Positions 26,945 to 34,717 of a stretch of 36,266 nt of DNA are shown piece after piece. The stretch's first letter is position 1; the number at the start of each line of letters is the position of its first letter. A program made the translations under genes and the position numbers. Below the pieces are notes generated by a model. The model saw only the letters and a list, made by a program, of their open reading frames with translations, did not search any database and was not told where the DNA came from. This stretch comes from a virus (Duplodnaviria > Caudoviricetes): the IMG/VR virus record IMGVR_UViG_3300020042_002709, positions 1-36,266 of that record, one strand, 5' to 3'.

Positions 26945-27653
26945 GTGCTAATTTTTTACATTGTGTGTCTACAAAATTTTCATCCTTAATGCGTTTATTA
27001 AATTCCTTTGCATCAGTTCCATAAAGTTTCTGCAATCTTTGAGCATTATCTTCTCTTACTATCCTAACAATTTGTAGCATTTCGCTAGGATGAAATTTCA
27101 ATTTTTCCTGTTTTATTAAAATATCAAATACCTTTTCTGCATTAAATACCCTGTTAAAGTCATTTCTAGCCGATTCTAGCCACTCTTTCTGCGTGAATGA
27201 TACTATTTCATCATCAGTTAGTTTTGGTGGCTCTAATTCGTTTATAACAGGTTTTGCTATTTTTCTTACTTCATTAGCTTTTTTAGTATAAGATACCATA
27301 ACCTGACCAATAAATTTAGGTGAAAACTTTTCATAGTGTTCTGTGCTGCAATCTAACTTACCCTGCACCGCCATCTTAAAAGCTATTCTAAATTCTTGTA
27401 TTGTATACAATGGGTAGCTAGTTCTAATAAAATCTTCTATAATTGCCATTTCTTCTTTAGCAGGATAGTTTTTAAATCCTAACAAAGTAAAAATGTAAGC
27501 TAGGTTTTCTCTTAATATTATTGGTGAAACTAGATTTAATTTATCCCCATTAAAAGAATTAAGTATTTCATTATCAACTATGTATCCACTCTTTAAGGGT
27601 TGCCATTCGTTGTTCACTTGTAGTGCCTGTGCTAAATGTTTTTGTATTTCCAT
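26913..27653 (-). CDS. Hypothetical replication-associated protein (possible helicase loader)
   Basis: 246 aa directly after the initiator; assignment is positional only. Confidence 0.55.
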   Translation of the reverse strand: MEIQKHLAQALQVNNEWQPLKSGYIVDNEILNSFNGDKLNLVSPIILRENLAYIFTLLGFKNYPAKEEMAIIEDFIRTSYPLYTIQEFRIAFKMAVQGKLDCSTEHYEKFSPKFIGQVMVSYTKKANEVRKIAKPVINELEPPKLTDDEIVSFTQKEWLESARNDFNRVFNAEKVFDILIKQEKLKFHPSEMLQIVRIVREDNAQRLQKLYGTDAKEFNKRIKDENFVDTQCKKLALVKYFENLPS

Positions 27654-28260
27654 AACGTAATTTGTTTTTTATCCAAGTATTTACCCTGCGTTTAACATCA
27701 AAAAATTTTTCTAGTTCATATCGTGTTTTACCATTCTTATCAGGTTCACACCAATATTCAATAAATTCATCATAAGATTCACCTAGTATTTCTTTGTATT
27801 CATTTATATTATTTAAAAATAAATCTTTATTATATACTATAGTTTCTTTTTCTTTTATTTCCTTTTCTTTTCTTTTCTTTGCATTGCCCTCCCCAATAGC
27901 CCCCCTATTAGCCTCCCCATTTTTCCATCTAGAAATTGCTCCACTCTTACCACTTTCACTTAATTTTGCCCTTAATCCTAAATGGTCGTTAAGTCTTTCA
28001 GACCAAAACTCACCTTCATCAATACTGAATAAATCAAATTGCATTATAACACCTTTAACTTTTATATCAGTTGATTGCATTTGCATAGCTAGTACAGGTA
28101 TTAATTCAAGTGGCAATTTACCACCTGCATCTGCTAGTCTTTCAATTATAAACCAATATATACCATAACCTTCCATCCCTAGTTGATGCCTTAAAAAAAG
28201 CACCTTTGTGTCATTAGCAGCATTGTAATCGTGACTAAAATAGTAAGATTTGTTTTTCAT
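27574..28260 (-). CDS. Replication initiator (DUF4373 / Lin1244-like N-terminus)
   Basis: YFSHDYNAAND.K...GMEGYGIYWFIIE.L motif and internal iteron-like repeats; ATG 28260 preferred (alternative 28296). Confidence 0.8.
   Translation of the reverse strand: MKNKSYYFSHDYNAANDTKVLFLRHQLGMEGYGIYWFIIERLADAGGKLPLELIPVLAMQMQSTDIKVKGVIMQFDLFSIDEGEFWSERLNDHLGLRAKLSESGKSGAISRWKNGEANRGAIGEGNAKKRKEKEIKEKETIVYNKDLFLNNINEYKEILGESYDEFIEYWCEPDKNGKTRYELEKFFDVKRRVNTWIKNKLRYGNTKTFSTGTTSEQRMATLKEWIHS
27843..27921 (-). repeat. Putative origin: three 12-bp iteron-like repeats plus a purine tract inside the initiator gene
   Basis: AATGGGGAGGCT / AATAGGGGGGCT / ATTGGGGAGGGC (27921-27886), followed by AAAGAAAAGAAAAGAAAAGG. 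Confidence 0.6.
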
Positions 28261-28353
28261 AATAAAAATAGGGTTTGGAATTCCTGCTAGTCGCATTAGC
28301 AGTTCATCCTCCCCCTAATATTGTTCTTAAACTATATGCGACATAGTTGTTAG
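28261..28353 (-). ncRNA. Putative cis-regulatory kissing-loop RNA in the initiator leader
   Basis: Hairpins AACTAT-GTCGCAT-ATAGTT and CTGCTA-ATGCGAC-TAGCAG have perfectly complementary 7-nt loops. Confidence 0.6.
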
Positions 28354-28779
28354 TTAATTTTGAACAAAGGTATTAAATTTATTGATTTCATTTTCAATTT
28401 CATCAATTTTATTTTTATACCATTCTTCAGTTGTAATTAAATCTCTCGCAGTAGAAACATTGTATAATACAGTTGTATGGTCGCTTACTCCTATGTATGG
28501 AGCAATTTCCTTTAAAGATAATGAAGTATGTTTTTTTAATATATATGCTGCTGCCTTACGAGCAAATACAGTATTCTGCATTCTATTCTTTGCTAGTACA
28601 TCTGTATCAAAAACATCTTCAACTAATCCAACTAACTTTTTCATTGTTACTCTGTTATTACTTCTACTTCTATCATCTCTCTCTATTAGATTATATGCTA
28701 TCAAAGTATTTTTAAATTGCTTTAAATTTTTCTTTTGTGCTTCATATAAATCTATAATGTTTGCTTCTATTGTTTGCAT
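28354..28779 (-). CDS. DnaA C-terminal (domain IV)-like HTH protein
   Basis: VFARKAAAYILKKHTSLSLKEIAPYIGVSDHTTVLY matches the DnaA signature; no AAA+ domain. Confidence 0.85.
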   Translation of the reverse strand: MQTIEANIIDLYEAQKKNLKQFKNTLIAYNLIERDDRSRSNNRVTMKKLVGLVEDVFDTDVLAKNRMQNTVFARKAAAYILKKHTSLSLKEIAPYIGVSDHTTVLYNVSTARDLITTEEWYKNKIDEIENEINKFNTFVQN

Positions 28780-28781
28780 AT

Positions 28782-28970
28782 TTAAAATTCTAAATCATCT
28801 TTGGGTTTATAATTATCTTCATAAATTTGGTAATCAGGGTGCTTTGCTTCTGTCTTATAAGTGTTAATCCACATTGAATATTTTTTATCTTCAATAGTAA
28901 AGCTAATAACTTCACCTTTAGCAGTTTGCTTTTTCCAAGCACCATACTTCTTTTTTACTTCTTTTTCCAT
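28782..28970 (-). CDS. Small putative ssDNA-binding protein (DUF736-like)
   Basis: GAWKK..KG, KHPDY and acidic DDLEF C-terminus. Confidence 0.55.
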   Translation of the reverse strand: MEKEVKKKYGAWKKQTAKGEVISFTIEDKKYSMWINTYKTEAKHPDYQIYEDNYKPKDDLEF

Positions 28971-29182
28971 TAGTTTTTATTTTTTATTAATGAATACTGT
29001 GCAACATATTTAGGTTTGCTTTTATTTCCTACATTAACAATCTTTGTATTAATGTTGTGTCCTTCATCACGAAGGTTAAAAATTAATGCAGCTAGTCTTA
29101 ATGTACCATACTTTTTTAAGGCTACTAATGGGGTTAGCGGTTGACTTTTAAGGTGGTTAAGCACCATTGTTTGTTGACTCAT
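28970..29182 (-). CDS. Winged HTH DNA-binding protein
   Basis: LTPLVAL..YG.LRLAALIFNLRDEGHNI motif. Confidence 0.75.
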   Translation of the reverse strand: MSQQTMVLNHLKSQPLTPLVALKKYGTLRLAALIFNLRDEGHNINTKIVNVGNKSKPKYVAQYSLIKNKN

Positions 29183-29360
29183 TTTGTCGGTTTTTAATTT
29201 TAGAAAAATTGTATTGATTGTTTAAAGAAATTGCATTGTGTATTGGTGTATTATCCTTGTATCTACTTGATACTTTTAATTGTTTAAACCATTCATTTTG
29301 TGTTAGTTTTTCTTTAGGTAAAGCTATTCTGCTTATTTTAATTCCCCAAATGTTTTCCAT
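29157..29360 (-). CDS. Hypothetical protein
   Basis: 67-aa ORF in the operon. Confidence 0.55.
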   Translation of the reverse strand: MENIWGIKISRIALPKEKLTQNEWFKQLKVSSRYKDNTPIHNAISLNNQYNFSKIKNRQNESTNNGA

Positions 29361-29362
29361 AG

Positions 29363-29908
29363 TTATTTATTTTGATTTTGGTTAATACTTCTTAATGCCT
29401 TTTCGTATTGCTCTAATGTTGTTAAAGCACTAATTTTAATTGCTACTTTTTGTTTCATATTTTCATCCCAACTTGTATTTTCCATTAAAGTGATTAACTC
29501 CATTCTTTTAACTTCGCCTACTTCATCCTTATGTTCATTAGTAGCATCACTATCTTTAGTGTCATCAATAGCAAATAAACCATTGAGTGCATACTTTCGT
29601 GCGTAGCTTGATGCACTACCTGTTATCTGTGCTGCATCCATTCCCTTTTTTACTTCTTCTTCTCGTGCCCAACCATTTACAGAAATATGGTCATCTGTTG
29701 CATCTAATAGCGTTGCAGTAGCTTTAATGTAGATTCTATCACCTACTTGTACTACTTCATCACTTACTACTAATGCAGTTCCATATTTGTTTAATATTGG
29801 TTTGACTGCTTCAATTATATCTTCAGCACTTCTGTACTTGTATTTACCAAAGTTGTTTGTTTGATTCTTTGGTGCTTTTAATTCTGCTTGAATTTTTACT
29901 AGGTTCAT
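29363..29908 (-). CDS. erf: ERF-family single-strand annealing protein
   Basis: LKAPKNQ.N.FG.YKYRSAEDI and QITGSASSYARKYALNGLF..DD..D.D motifs. Confidence 0.92.
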   Translation of the reverse strand: MNLVKIQAELKAPKNQTNNFGKYKYRSAEDIIEAVKPILNKYGTALVVSDEVVQVGDRIYIKATATLLDATDDHISVNGWAREEEVKKGMDAAQITGSASSYARKYALNGLFAIDDTKDSDATNEHKDEVGEVKRMELITLMENTSWDENMKQKVAIKISALTTLEQYEKALRSINQNQNK

Positions 29909-29926
29909 AGTTGTTTTTTTTATTTA

Positions 29927-30202
29927 TTAATAATTTTCGTATTCTTCAAATATTTCTGTTAGGTCTGCTAATCTTACATAATCTTTTGTTTCCTGTATTG
30001 GTTTAGCAGTTGGATAAGTAATCCTATAATACTCACCGAATTTTTCTCTAGCTTCCTGATACTTTTGATAGTATTCAGTTTTAAAAAATCTGTGTGAATG
30101 TTCGTACTTCCATCTCCAATAATCTAGGTTAATGCCTAGTTCATTTAATTTATTGTCTTGTGTTAGTGCGTGTCTCATATTATAATTCATTATAGTTTTC
30201 AA
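29927..30202 (-). CDS. Hypothetical early protein
   Basis: ORF in the early operon; start uncertain. Confidence 0.6.
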   Translation of the reverse strand: MKTIMNYNMRHALTQDNKLNELGINLDYWRWKYEHSHRFFKTEYYQKYQEAREKFGEYYRITYPTAKPIQETKDYVRLADLTEIFEEYENY

Positions 30203-30413
30203 CTAAACAATCCCAAGCATTTGATGGTTGTCTACCATATATTTTTCTAAAGTAAGATTCAATATCTAAAACACAAAAGTATTTTAGTTCATTCATAAAA
30301 TAAGTACTTTTTAATTCATTGATTAAAATTGTAGTACTTGTTGGATATTCAAGCAAATCTTTATTGATTAGTTCTTGAATTTCAGGTTTTAATTTTTCTA
30401 ATAAATTTGTCAT
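30180..30413 (-). CDS. Hypothetical early protein
   Basis: 77 aa with AAAAACTATG leader. Confidence 0.7.
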   Translation of the reverse strand: MTNLLEKLKPEIQELINKDLLEYPTSTTILINELKSTYFMNELKYFCVLDIESYFRKIYGRQPSNAWDCLVENYNEL

Positions 30414-30432
30414 AGTTTTTGTTTTTTAATTA

Positions 30433-30630
30433 TTAATAAAATAATGATAATAAATTTTTCATTTCTTCTTGGCTGCTAATTCTAAATGAACTTTCATTTA
30501 CTTCGTGATTTGCACCCCATCTTTTTTTAGCTAAACTAATAGCTTGTTTTTTAGTTTTACCACCTTGTGTGTTCCAACCACCGCCAATAAAATTGTAAGT
30601 GTACTCTTTAATTTTTAATTGTTGTTTCAT
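30433..30630 (-). CDS. Hypothetical early protein (GGGWNT motif)
   Basis: 65 aa, first gene after the leftward promoter. Confidence 0.7.
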   Translation of the reverse strand: MKQQLKIKEYTYNFIGGGWNTQGGKTKKQAISLAKKRWGANHEVNESSFRISSQEEMKNLLSLFY

Positions 30631-30653
30631 AGTTTTTGTGTTTGTTTATAAAG

Positions 30654-30745
30654 CAAATCTACAGGCTTTAAACATACTATCCAAATATTATACCCTATTT
30701 TTTTAAGAAATATGATGAACGGTAAATAGAAATGATGAATGGTAT
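30654..30745 (-). promoter_or_regulatory. Leftward early promoter with paired LytTR-like boxes
   Basis: ATACCATTCATC (30734-30745), TTACCGTTCATC (30714-30725), TTTG (30682-30685), 20-nt spacer, TAGATTTG (30654-30661). Confidence 0.8.
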
Positions 30746-30810
30746 TTGCCATATATTTTGTCCGATATTTTGTCCGGACAGAAAACAGGACATACTAAAA
30801 AATTTAGTAT

Positions 30811-30881
30811 TTACCGCTTATCCTTAAATATTACCGCTTGTGTAATAAATTTGGATATGTCGTTTATAAATTGTATATTGA
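30811..30881 (+). promoter_or_regulatory. Rightward divergent promoter with variant boxes
   Basis: TTACCGCTT at 30811 and 30831; TTTG at 30850; 20-nt spacer; TATATTGA at 30874. Confidence 0.55.
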
Positions 30882-30960
30882 AGTATAATTAAGAAATTAA
30901 TTATGCTCTTTGATATTAACCAAAAACAAGTGAGACACACTTAAAACTGTAAGACTAACT

Positions 30961-31191
30961 ATGAGTCAGTATTTTGAATTTGTTGAAAAAGCAAACCCAA
31001 TTGTAAAGTTTAAAAAAGACATTGAAAGTTACAAATACCCTATATATTATATATGGTTATGTGATGAACAAGGCAATGAATTAAAAGGTGAAAATGGTTA
31101 TCAGTATTTTTTAGCTACACCTGATGAACTTAAAGGAATGAAAAGAAAATACATTGAATTAGGTTATGATGTAGCGGTTTACAATAAGTAA
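30961..31191 (+). CDS. Hypothetical protein (lone plus-strand gene)
   Basis: 76 aa downstream of the rightward promoter. Confidence 0.7.
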   Translation: MSQYFEFVEKANPIVKFKKDIESYKYPIYYIWLCDEQGNELKGENGYQYFLATPDELKGMKRKYIELGYDVAVYNK

Positions 31192-31197
31192 ACTAAT

Positions 31198-31222
31198 GCA
31201 GGGGTGCGACTGCTTAACGCAC
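31198..31222 (+). ncRNA. Putative small pseudoknot/switch element, copy 2
   Basis: GCAG-GGGTGCGA-CTGC-TTAA-CGCAC, just after a stop codon. Confidence 0.45.
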
Positions 31223-31492
31223 TTATATACTACCATCCTGTAAAGGCAAATCAATAGTATCATCTATTTTTCGGTAACCTTCCTTCCATAAAACTTTAGT
31301 GATTAAAACACTTTTACGAATGATAGTCTGTTCACTATCTTTAGGATTTGTCAAGTGCATTAGCTCGTGTATTAAAACCTCAAGCATCTTACGACCCTTT
31401 AGCCTTTCATCAATCTCAATAACCCCATCACTTGATGAAATACCATAAGCCTGTTCTTTACCTAGTTTACGATATATGATTTTTATTTTCAC
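31223..31492 (-). CDS. Small zincin-like metallopeptidase domain protein (HELMH)
   Basis: IEID.RL...EVLIHELMH HExxH motif. Confidence 0.7.
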   Translation of the reverse strand: MKIKIIYRKLGKEQAYGISSSDGVIEIDERLKGRKMLEVLIHELMHLTNPKDSEQTIIRKSVLITKVLWKEGYRKIDDTIDLPLQDGSI

Positions 31493-31674
31493 GACTTTAG
31501 CATTGCTTCATCAGGTCTGTCAATCTCTTTAACTTGGATTCTTTCACCGCCTCTTATTTTGGCTAACATCTTTGTAATTTGACTTTCAACTGCATAGTAT
31601 TCCTGCAGTCTATTAACTAGCCATAACTCCTGTTCGCTTAATGTCCACTTGTTAAATCCCTTTGGCATTTTCAT
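31489..31674 (-). CDS. Hypothetical protein
   Basis: 61-aa ORF overlapping its neighbours. Confidence 0.6.
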   Translation of the reverse strand: MKMPKGFNKWTLSEQELWLVNRLQEYYAVESQITKMLAKIRGGERIQVKEIDRPDEAMLKS

Positions 31675-31855
31675 CCTTTTTAGTTTTTATAATTTTTTTT
31701 AAATAGATTGCTAAATCTAATGCTTCTTCGTATGCGTGTTGTAACCATTGTTCTTCAGTTAAATCCTTTCTGTCCATAGTTGTTCCATACTCCATACGAC
31801 CCTTCTCCTCTCTATATAGCAAATCATCTATAATTGAATATAATAGTTTACTCAT
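31652..31855 (-). CDS. Small MazG/NTP-pyrophosphohydrolase-like protein
   Basis: KG..EYGTTMDR.DL...WLQHAYEEALD.AIYL acidic helical motif. Confidence 0.5.
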   Translation of the reverse strand: MSKLLYSIIDDLLYREEKGRMEYGTTMDRKDLTEEQWLQHAYEEALDLAIYLKKIIKTKKDENAKGI

Positions 31856-32589
31856 TATTTATCAGTTTTTGAATGCATTTTATTGCAGGTTTTACAAATG
31901 TATTGAATTTTTTTAACCCCTGATGCGGTTGTTCTTCGTTGGTTAATTATTATATCATCACTTCCACATTCAGGACAAGTACCCTTATCCTGTCCAAAAA
32001 TTACCCCATAATGGGTTTTAGCAGGTATATGATTGTTTAGTGCTTTGTGTACTTTTTCTAGTAATACCACATCTTGAATGCAATAATCTATCATAGTATT
32101 CATTGCAGTCTTACAATTCTTTAGCATTATATCCTTCCACAAGTCAAAGTTGGTATGGTTTTTTTGACCTAACCCTAAAAACTTACCTATGTAATCAAGC
32201 CTATTTGAATTAAATCTAAATTTAGACCTAGCAACTTTTAATGTATCTATTGTATTGTATGTAGGGAACATCTGTATATTATGAAATAAACATCTCGTTC
32301 TAATCCAAGACAAATCAAACTTATCTCCATTGTGTCCTACTAATTCATCTGCAGTATTAGCAATTGCAATAAAATCCTGTAGTAATTTTTTATCATCCTG
32401 TTTCTTATCCCACTGCAAATAGTAAACATCTTTGTCATCTTCCCACTTATAGCAAATGCAAATGACTGCTCGTTCCTTAATTATATTCTCTGTTCCTATT
32501 TGTAATTTAAAACCTGACTGCCAAAATAAACCAATGTTTGCAGATACTTCAATATCAAAGTATAGCCTTCTCCGTTTTGTTTGTAGCAT
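31855..32589 (-). CDS. RNase H-like (YprB/DnaQ-type) 3'-5' exonuclease with C-terminal Zn ribbon
   Basis: FDIE, GHNGDKFD, IDTLK and YCIQDV motifs; CPECGS...CKTC. Confidence 0.85.
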   Translation of the reverse strand: MLQTKRRRLYFDIEVSANIGLFWQSGFKLQIGTENIIKERAVICICYKWEDDKDVYYLQWDKKQDDKKLLQDFIAIANTADELVGHNGDKFDLSWIRTRCLFHNIQMFPTYNTIDTLKVARSKFRFNSNRLDYIGKFLGLGQKNHTNFDLWKDIMLKNCKTAMNTMIDYCIQDVVLLEKVHKALNNHIPAKTHYGVIFGQDKGTCPECGSDDIIINQRRTTASGVKKIQYICKTCNKMHSKTDK

Positions 32590-33047
32590 TAAAAATGTTT
32601 GTAGTGTGTAGAACCATTTGTTTTATATGCTATTAAAATTTCCTTTCTATGCCTATTTGAATAAGAACAATGAACCCAATCAGGGTTTGTCTCATTGCCA
32701 AATTCCCAAATTAATTGGTCAAAAGGAAGTTTATCTTTTATGTAATGAAATATCTCTGCATTGGTTACACCATAGTTAGTGCCATCCATATCTATATCTA
32801 TTGCCTGTCCTAATGAGTGCTGCGAAGTATTAGACCCCCCTATTTTGGCATTTAATTCTTTTGACCTATAACCACTTGAAATTAAAATAGGACACCTAAA
32901 ATTGGCTCTAATTGGCTCAAATATGTTTTCAGCTAGTTCTTTTAAGTTAGCTATATGTTCAGGTGATGGCATATTACTAATGCCATTACGCTTTGCGGAT
33001 TCACTACGAATAGCCTCTGCTAGTGTAAAATGTTCAGATAAGACCAT
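32589..33047 (-). CDS. Endolysin, peptidase M15A family
   Basis: HFTLAE, ISSGYRS..LN..IGG...SQH..GQAIDI, FDQLIWE and WVH motifs. Confidence 0.9.
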   Translation of the reverse strand: MVLSEHFTLAEAIRSESAKRNGISNMPSPEHIANLKELAENIFEPIRANFRCPILISSGYRSKELNAKIGGSNTSQHSLGQAIDIDMDGTNYGVTNAEIFHYIKDKLPFDQLIWEFGNETNPDWVHCSYSNRHRKEILIAYKTNGSTHYKHF

Positions 33048-33511
33048 ACAAATCGTTTAATTAATATGTATCCAATTAAAATGCCAAATAAGCCCCAAAA
33101 TCGCCACATCCACTTATTGCTAGTCTCTTTATTAATTTGAGAATTAACCTTGTAAAAACGCACAGAATCAAGCAATACGCCTAATCTACGAGTATCTACT
33201 ATATAACCTGTGTGAATTTGATGAACCTTAACAGTCTTAACTATTGTTTTAGCAGCCTCTTTAATGGTTATATATTCTTTGCCGTTAATAGTAATTGTAT
33301 CTCTTTGGTAGTTAGTAATGGTATCAACAAGTAAGGTAGTGTCATATTTAGTCATTATGGTAGTGTCATTAGCACAGGGTCTAGTTTTTTCTAGTTCCCT
33401 AAATACTCGTTCACTACTTTCAAGATTATTTAATACTGTGCGTTCAGCCTTCTTAATTGGGTTGCACCCTACCATAAATAATGCCAAGATTAAGATTATC
33501 TTATTTACCAT
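33020..33511 (-). CDS. Lipoprotein with C-terminal transmembrane helix, probable unimolecular spanin
   Basis: Signal peptide ending LFMVG-C; C-terminal WMWRFWGLFGILIGYILIKR; lies between holin and endolysin. Confidence 0.6.
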   Translation of the reverse strand: MVNKIILILALFMVGCNPIKKAERTVLNNLESSERVFRELEKTRPCANDTTIMTKYDTTLLVDTITNYQRDTITINGKEYITIKEAAKTIVKTVKVHQIHTGYIVDTRRLGVLLDSVRFYKVNSQINKETSNKWMWRFWGLFGILIGYILIKRFVWSYLNILH

Positions 33512-33692
33512 ACCTTTTATCGTTTGGATTTATGTAGTTAATAATGATAGGCAAAATTGATATAATTCCTGCGTTTAAACAATCTTTTAATGTTATTAAA
33601 TAAATATCCCCCTTGCTCATTATCATTGTAAGGATGGCAGATAAGAATATTTTAACCCAAGAACCATAAATACTATTTAGGAACTTCATCAT
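33501..33692 (-). CDS. Holin-like membrane protein
   Basis: Likely start MMKFLNSIYGSW (33692 or 33689); two hydrophobic segments; ends NPNDKRYGK. Confidence 0.65.
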   Translation of the reverse strand: MMKFLNSIYGSWVKIFLSAILTMIMSKGDIYLITLKDCLNAGIISILPIIINYINPNDKRYGK

Positions 33693-33864
33693 TTTTAATC
33701 TTTTTAGTTGCGTTGTAATAATAACGAATGGCAAATAAACCACTGATAATAGCAGTGAATCCTGCAAATAAAGTAACAAAGGGTTGAACCTGTGTTAGTG
33801 TTAAGGATGCAGCCGTTAAGCTAATCCCTGTATTAATGAGTGCACTGCTACTATCTTGTGTCAT
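33673..33864 (-). CDS. Second small membrane protein (holin/antiholin candidate)
   Basis: 63 aa, hydrophobic, with a charged C-terminal tail. Confidence 0.55.
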   Translation of the reverse strand: MTQDSSSALINTGISLTAASLTLTQVQPFVTLFAGFTAIISGLFAIRYYYNATKKIKNDEVPK

Positions 33865-34247
33865 TACAATTCTTCTTCTTCTTCTTTAATAAATGTGATA
33901 CCTGTAGTCCAATCTTCAAGGAAACTAAAATGCTCTAAACCTTGTGGGTTTGCTACCTCAATAGGCTTAAAGTCAAATTCCTTGTTGCTTAATTCCTTAA
34001 CTTGTTCAGTTAATTTCTTAATAGCTTCTTTAGTGAAACGATATTCACCTTTCTCCGATAATACTAAACAATCCTTGTCATCTACTTGAGCATTGTCTAA
34101 TCTTAACTCCTCTACTTTAGCTTGGTAATGCTCGTGATGAGGTTTTACCTTCTCATAGATTTTAAATAATTTTTTAGCCGTTTTTGTTTCTTGACCAACT
34201 ACTTGATTTAAGTTGTAGATTAATTGGTTGAGTTGTTGATATTTCAT
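33864..34247 (-). CDS. Hypothetical helical protein
   Basis: 127 aa preceded by a TATATTTG -7 element at ~34263-34270. Confidence 0.7.
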   Translation of the reverse strand: MKYQQLNQLIYNLNQVVGQETKTAKKLFKIYEKVKPHHEHYQAKVEELRLDNAQVDDKDCLVLSEKGEYRFTKEAIKKLTEQVKELSNKEFDFKPIEVANPQGLEHFSFLEDWTTGITFIKEEEEEL

Positions 34248-34291
34248 TTGATTGATTTTTTACAAATATATGTTAATTGTTATAGGTTTGG

Positions 34292-34504
34292 TTAGTATTC
34301 TATTACTTCAGTTTTATATAATTGTTCAGCCTTATAAGCATTGTAATATTTTTTAGCATCATCTAAACTTGTAAAAGTACATTTTACACCATTCCTTCTA
34401 TTACCTATTGCAATCCAACCAAACAAAAATGTTTTTTTCTGAATTTGATAATACAATTCTCTTTCTAGTGAATCAGTAATTTTTACTAATCTTAATTTGC
34501 TCAT
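34292..34504 (-). CDS. Hypothetical accessory protein (YQIQKK..FGW motif)
   Basis: 70 aa; shares a 15-bp leader with the upstream gene. Confidence 0.7.
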   Translation of the reverse strand: MSKLRLVKITDSLERELYYQIQKKTFLFGWIAIGNRRNGVKCTFTSLDDAKKYYNAYKAEQLYKTEVIEY

Positions 34505-34516
34505 AATATTGGTTTG

Positions 34517-34717
34517 TCATAATTTTTCTATCTCTTGTTTTACTTCTTGCCAATATCTTTGTTCTCCTTTATCCCAAAGTGTTTTTTGCATAACCTCATC
34601 TGCCGCTATTAATGAACATTTTTTACATCTATTTTTTATTTCTTCTATATTGCCTAAACTTTCTACAAAAGGTAAATACAATTGAAATAATTGTTCTGCT
34701 TTTTCTTTTGGTGTCAT
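34517..34717 (-). CDS. Conserved small phage protein (MTPKEKA...YWQEVKQEIEKL)
   Basis: 66 aa with a TAATTTTG -7 element at 34732-34739. Confidence 0.75.
   Translation of the reverse strand: MTPKEKAEQLFQLYLPFVESLGNIEEIKNRCKKCSLIAADEVMQKTLWDKGEQRYWQEVKQEIEKL

Noticed and set aside
28354-28779. Calling this gene dnaA
   Set aside because: Only domain IV is present; there is no AAA+ domain.
31223-31492. ImmA/IrrE anti-repressor implying a lysogeny switch
   Set aside because: HExxH alone is not specific, and no repressor, integrase or partition genes were recognised.
33693-33779. N-terminal extension of the holin ORF in the track (similarly starts at 19887 and 20341)
   Set aside because: These extensions overlap other genes or RNA structures, while downstream ATGs have the A-rich leaders used in this genome.
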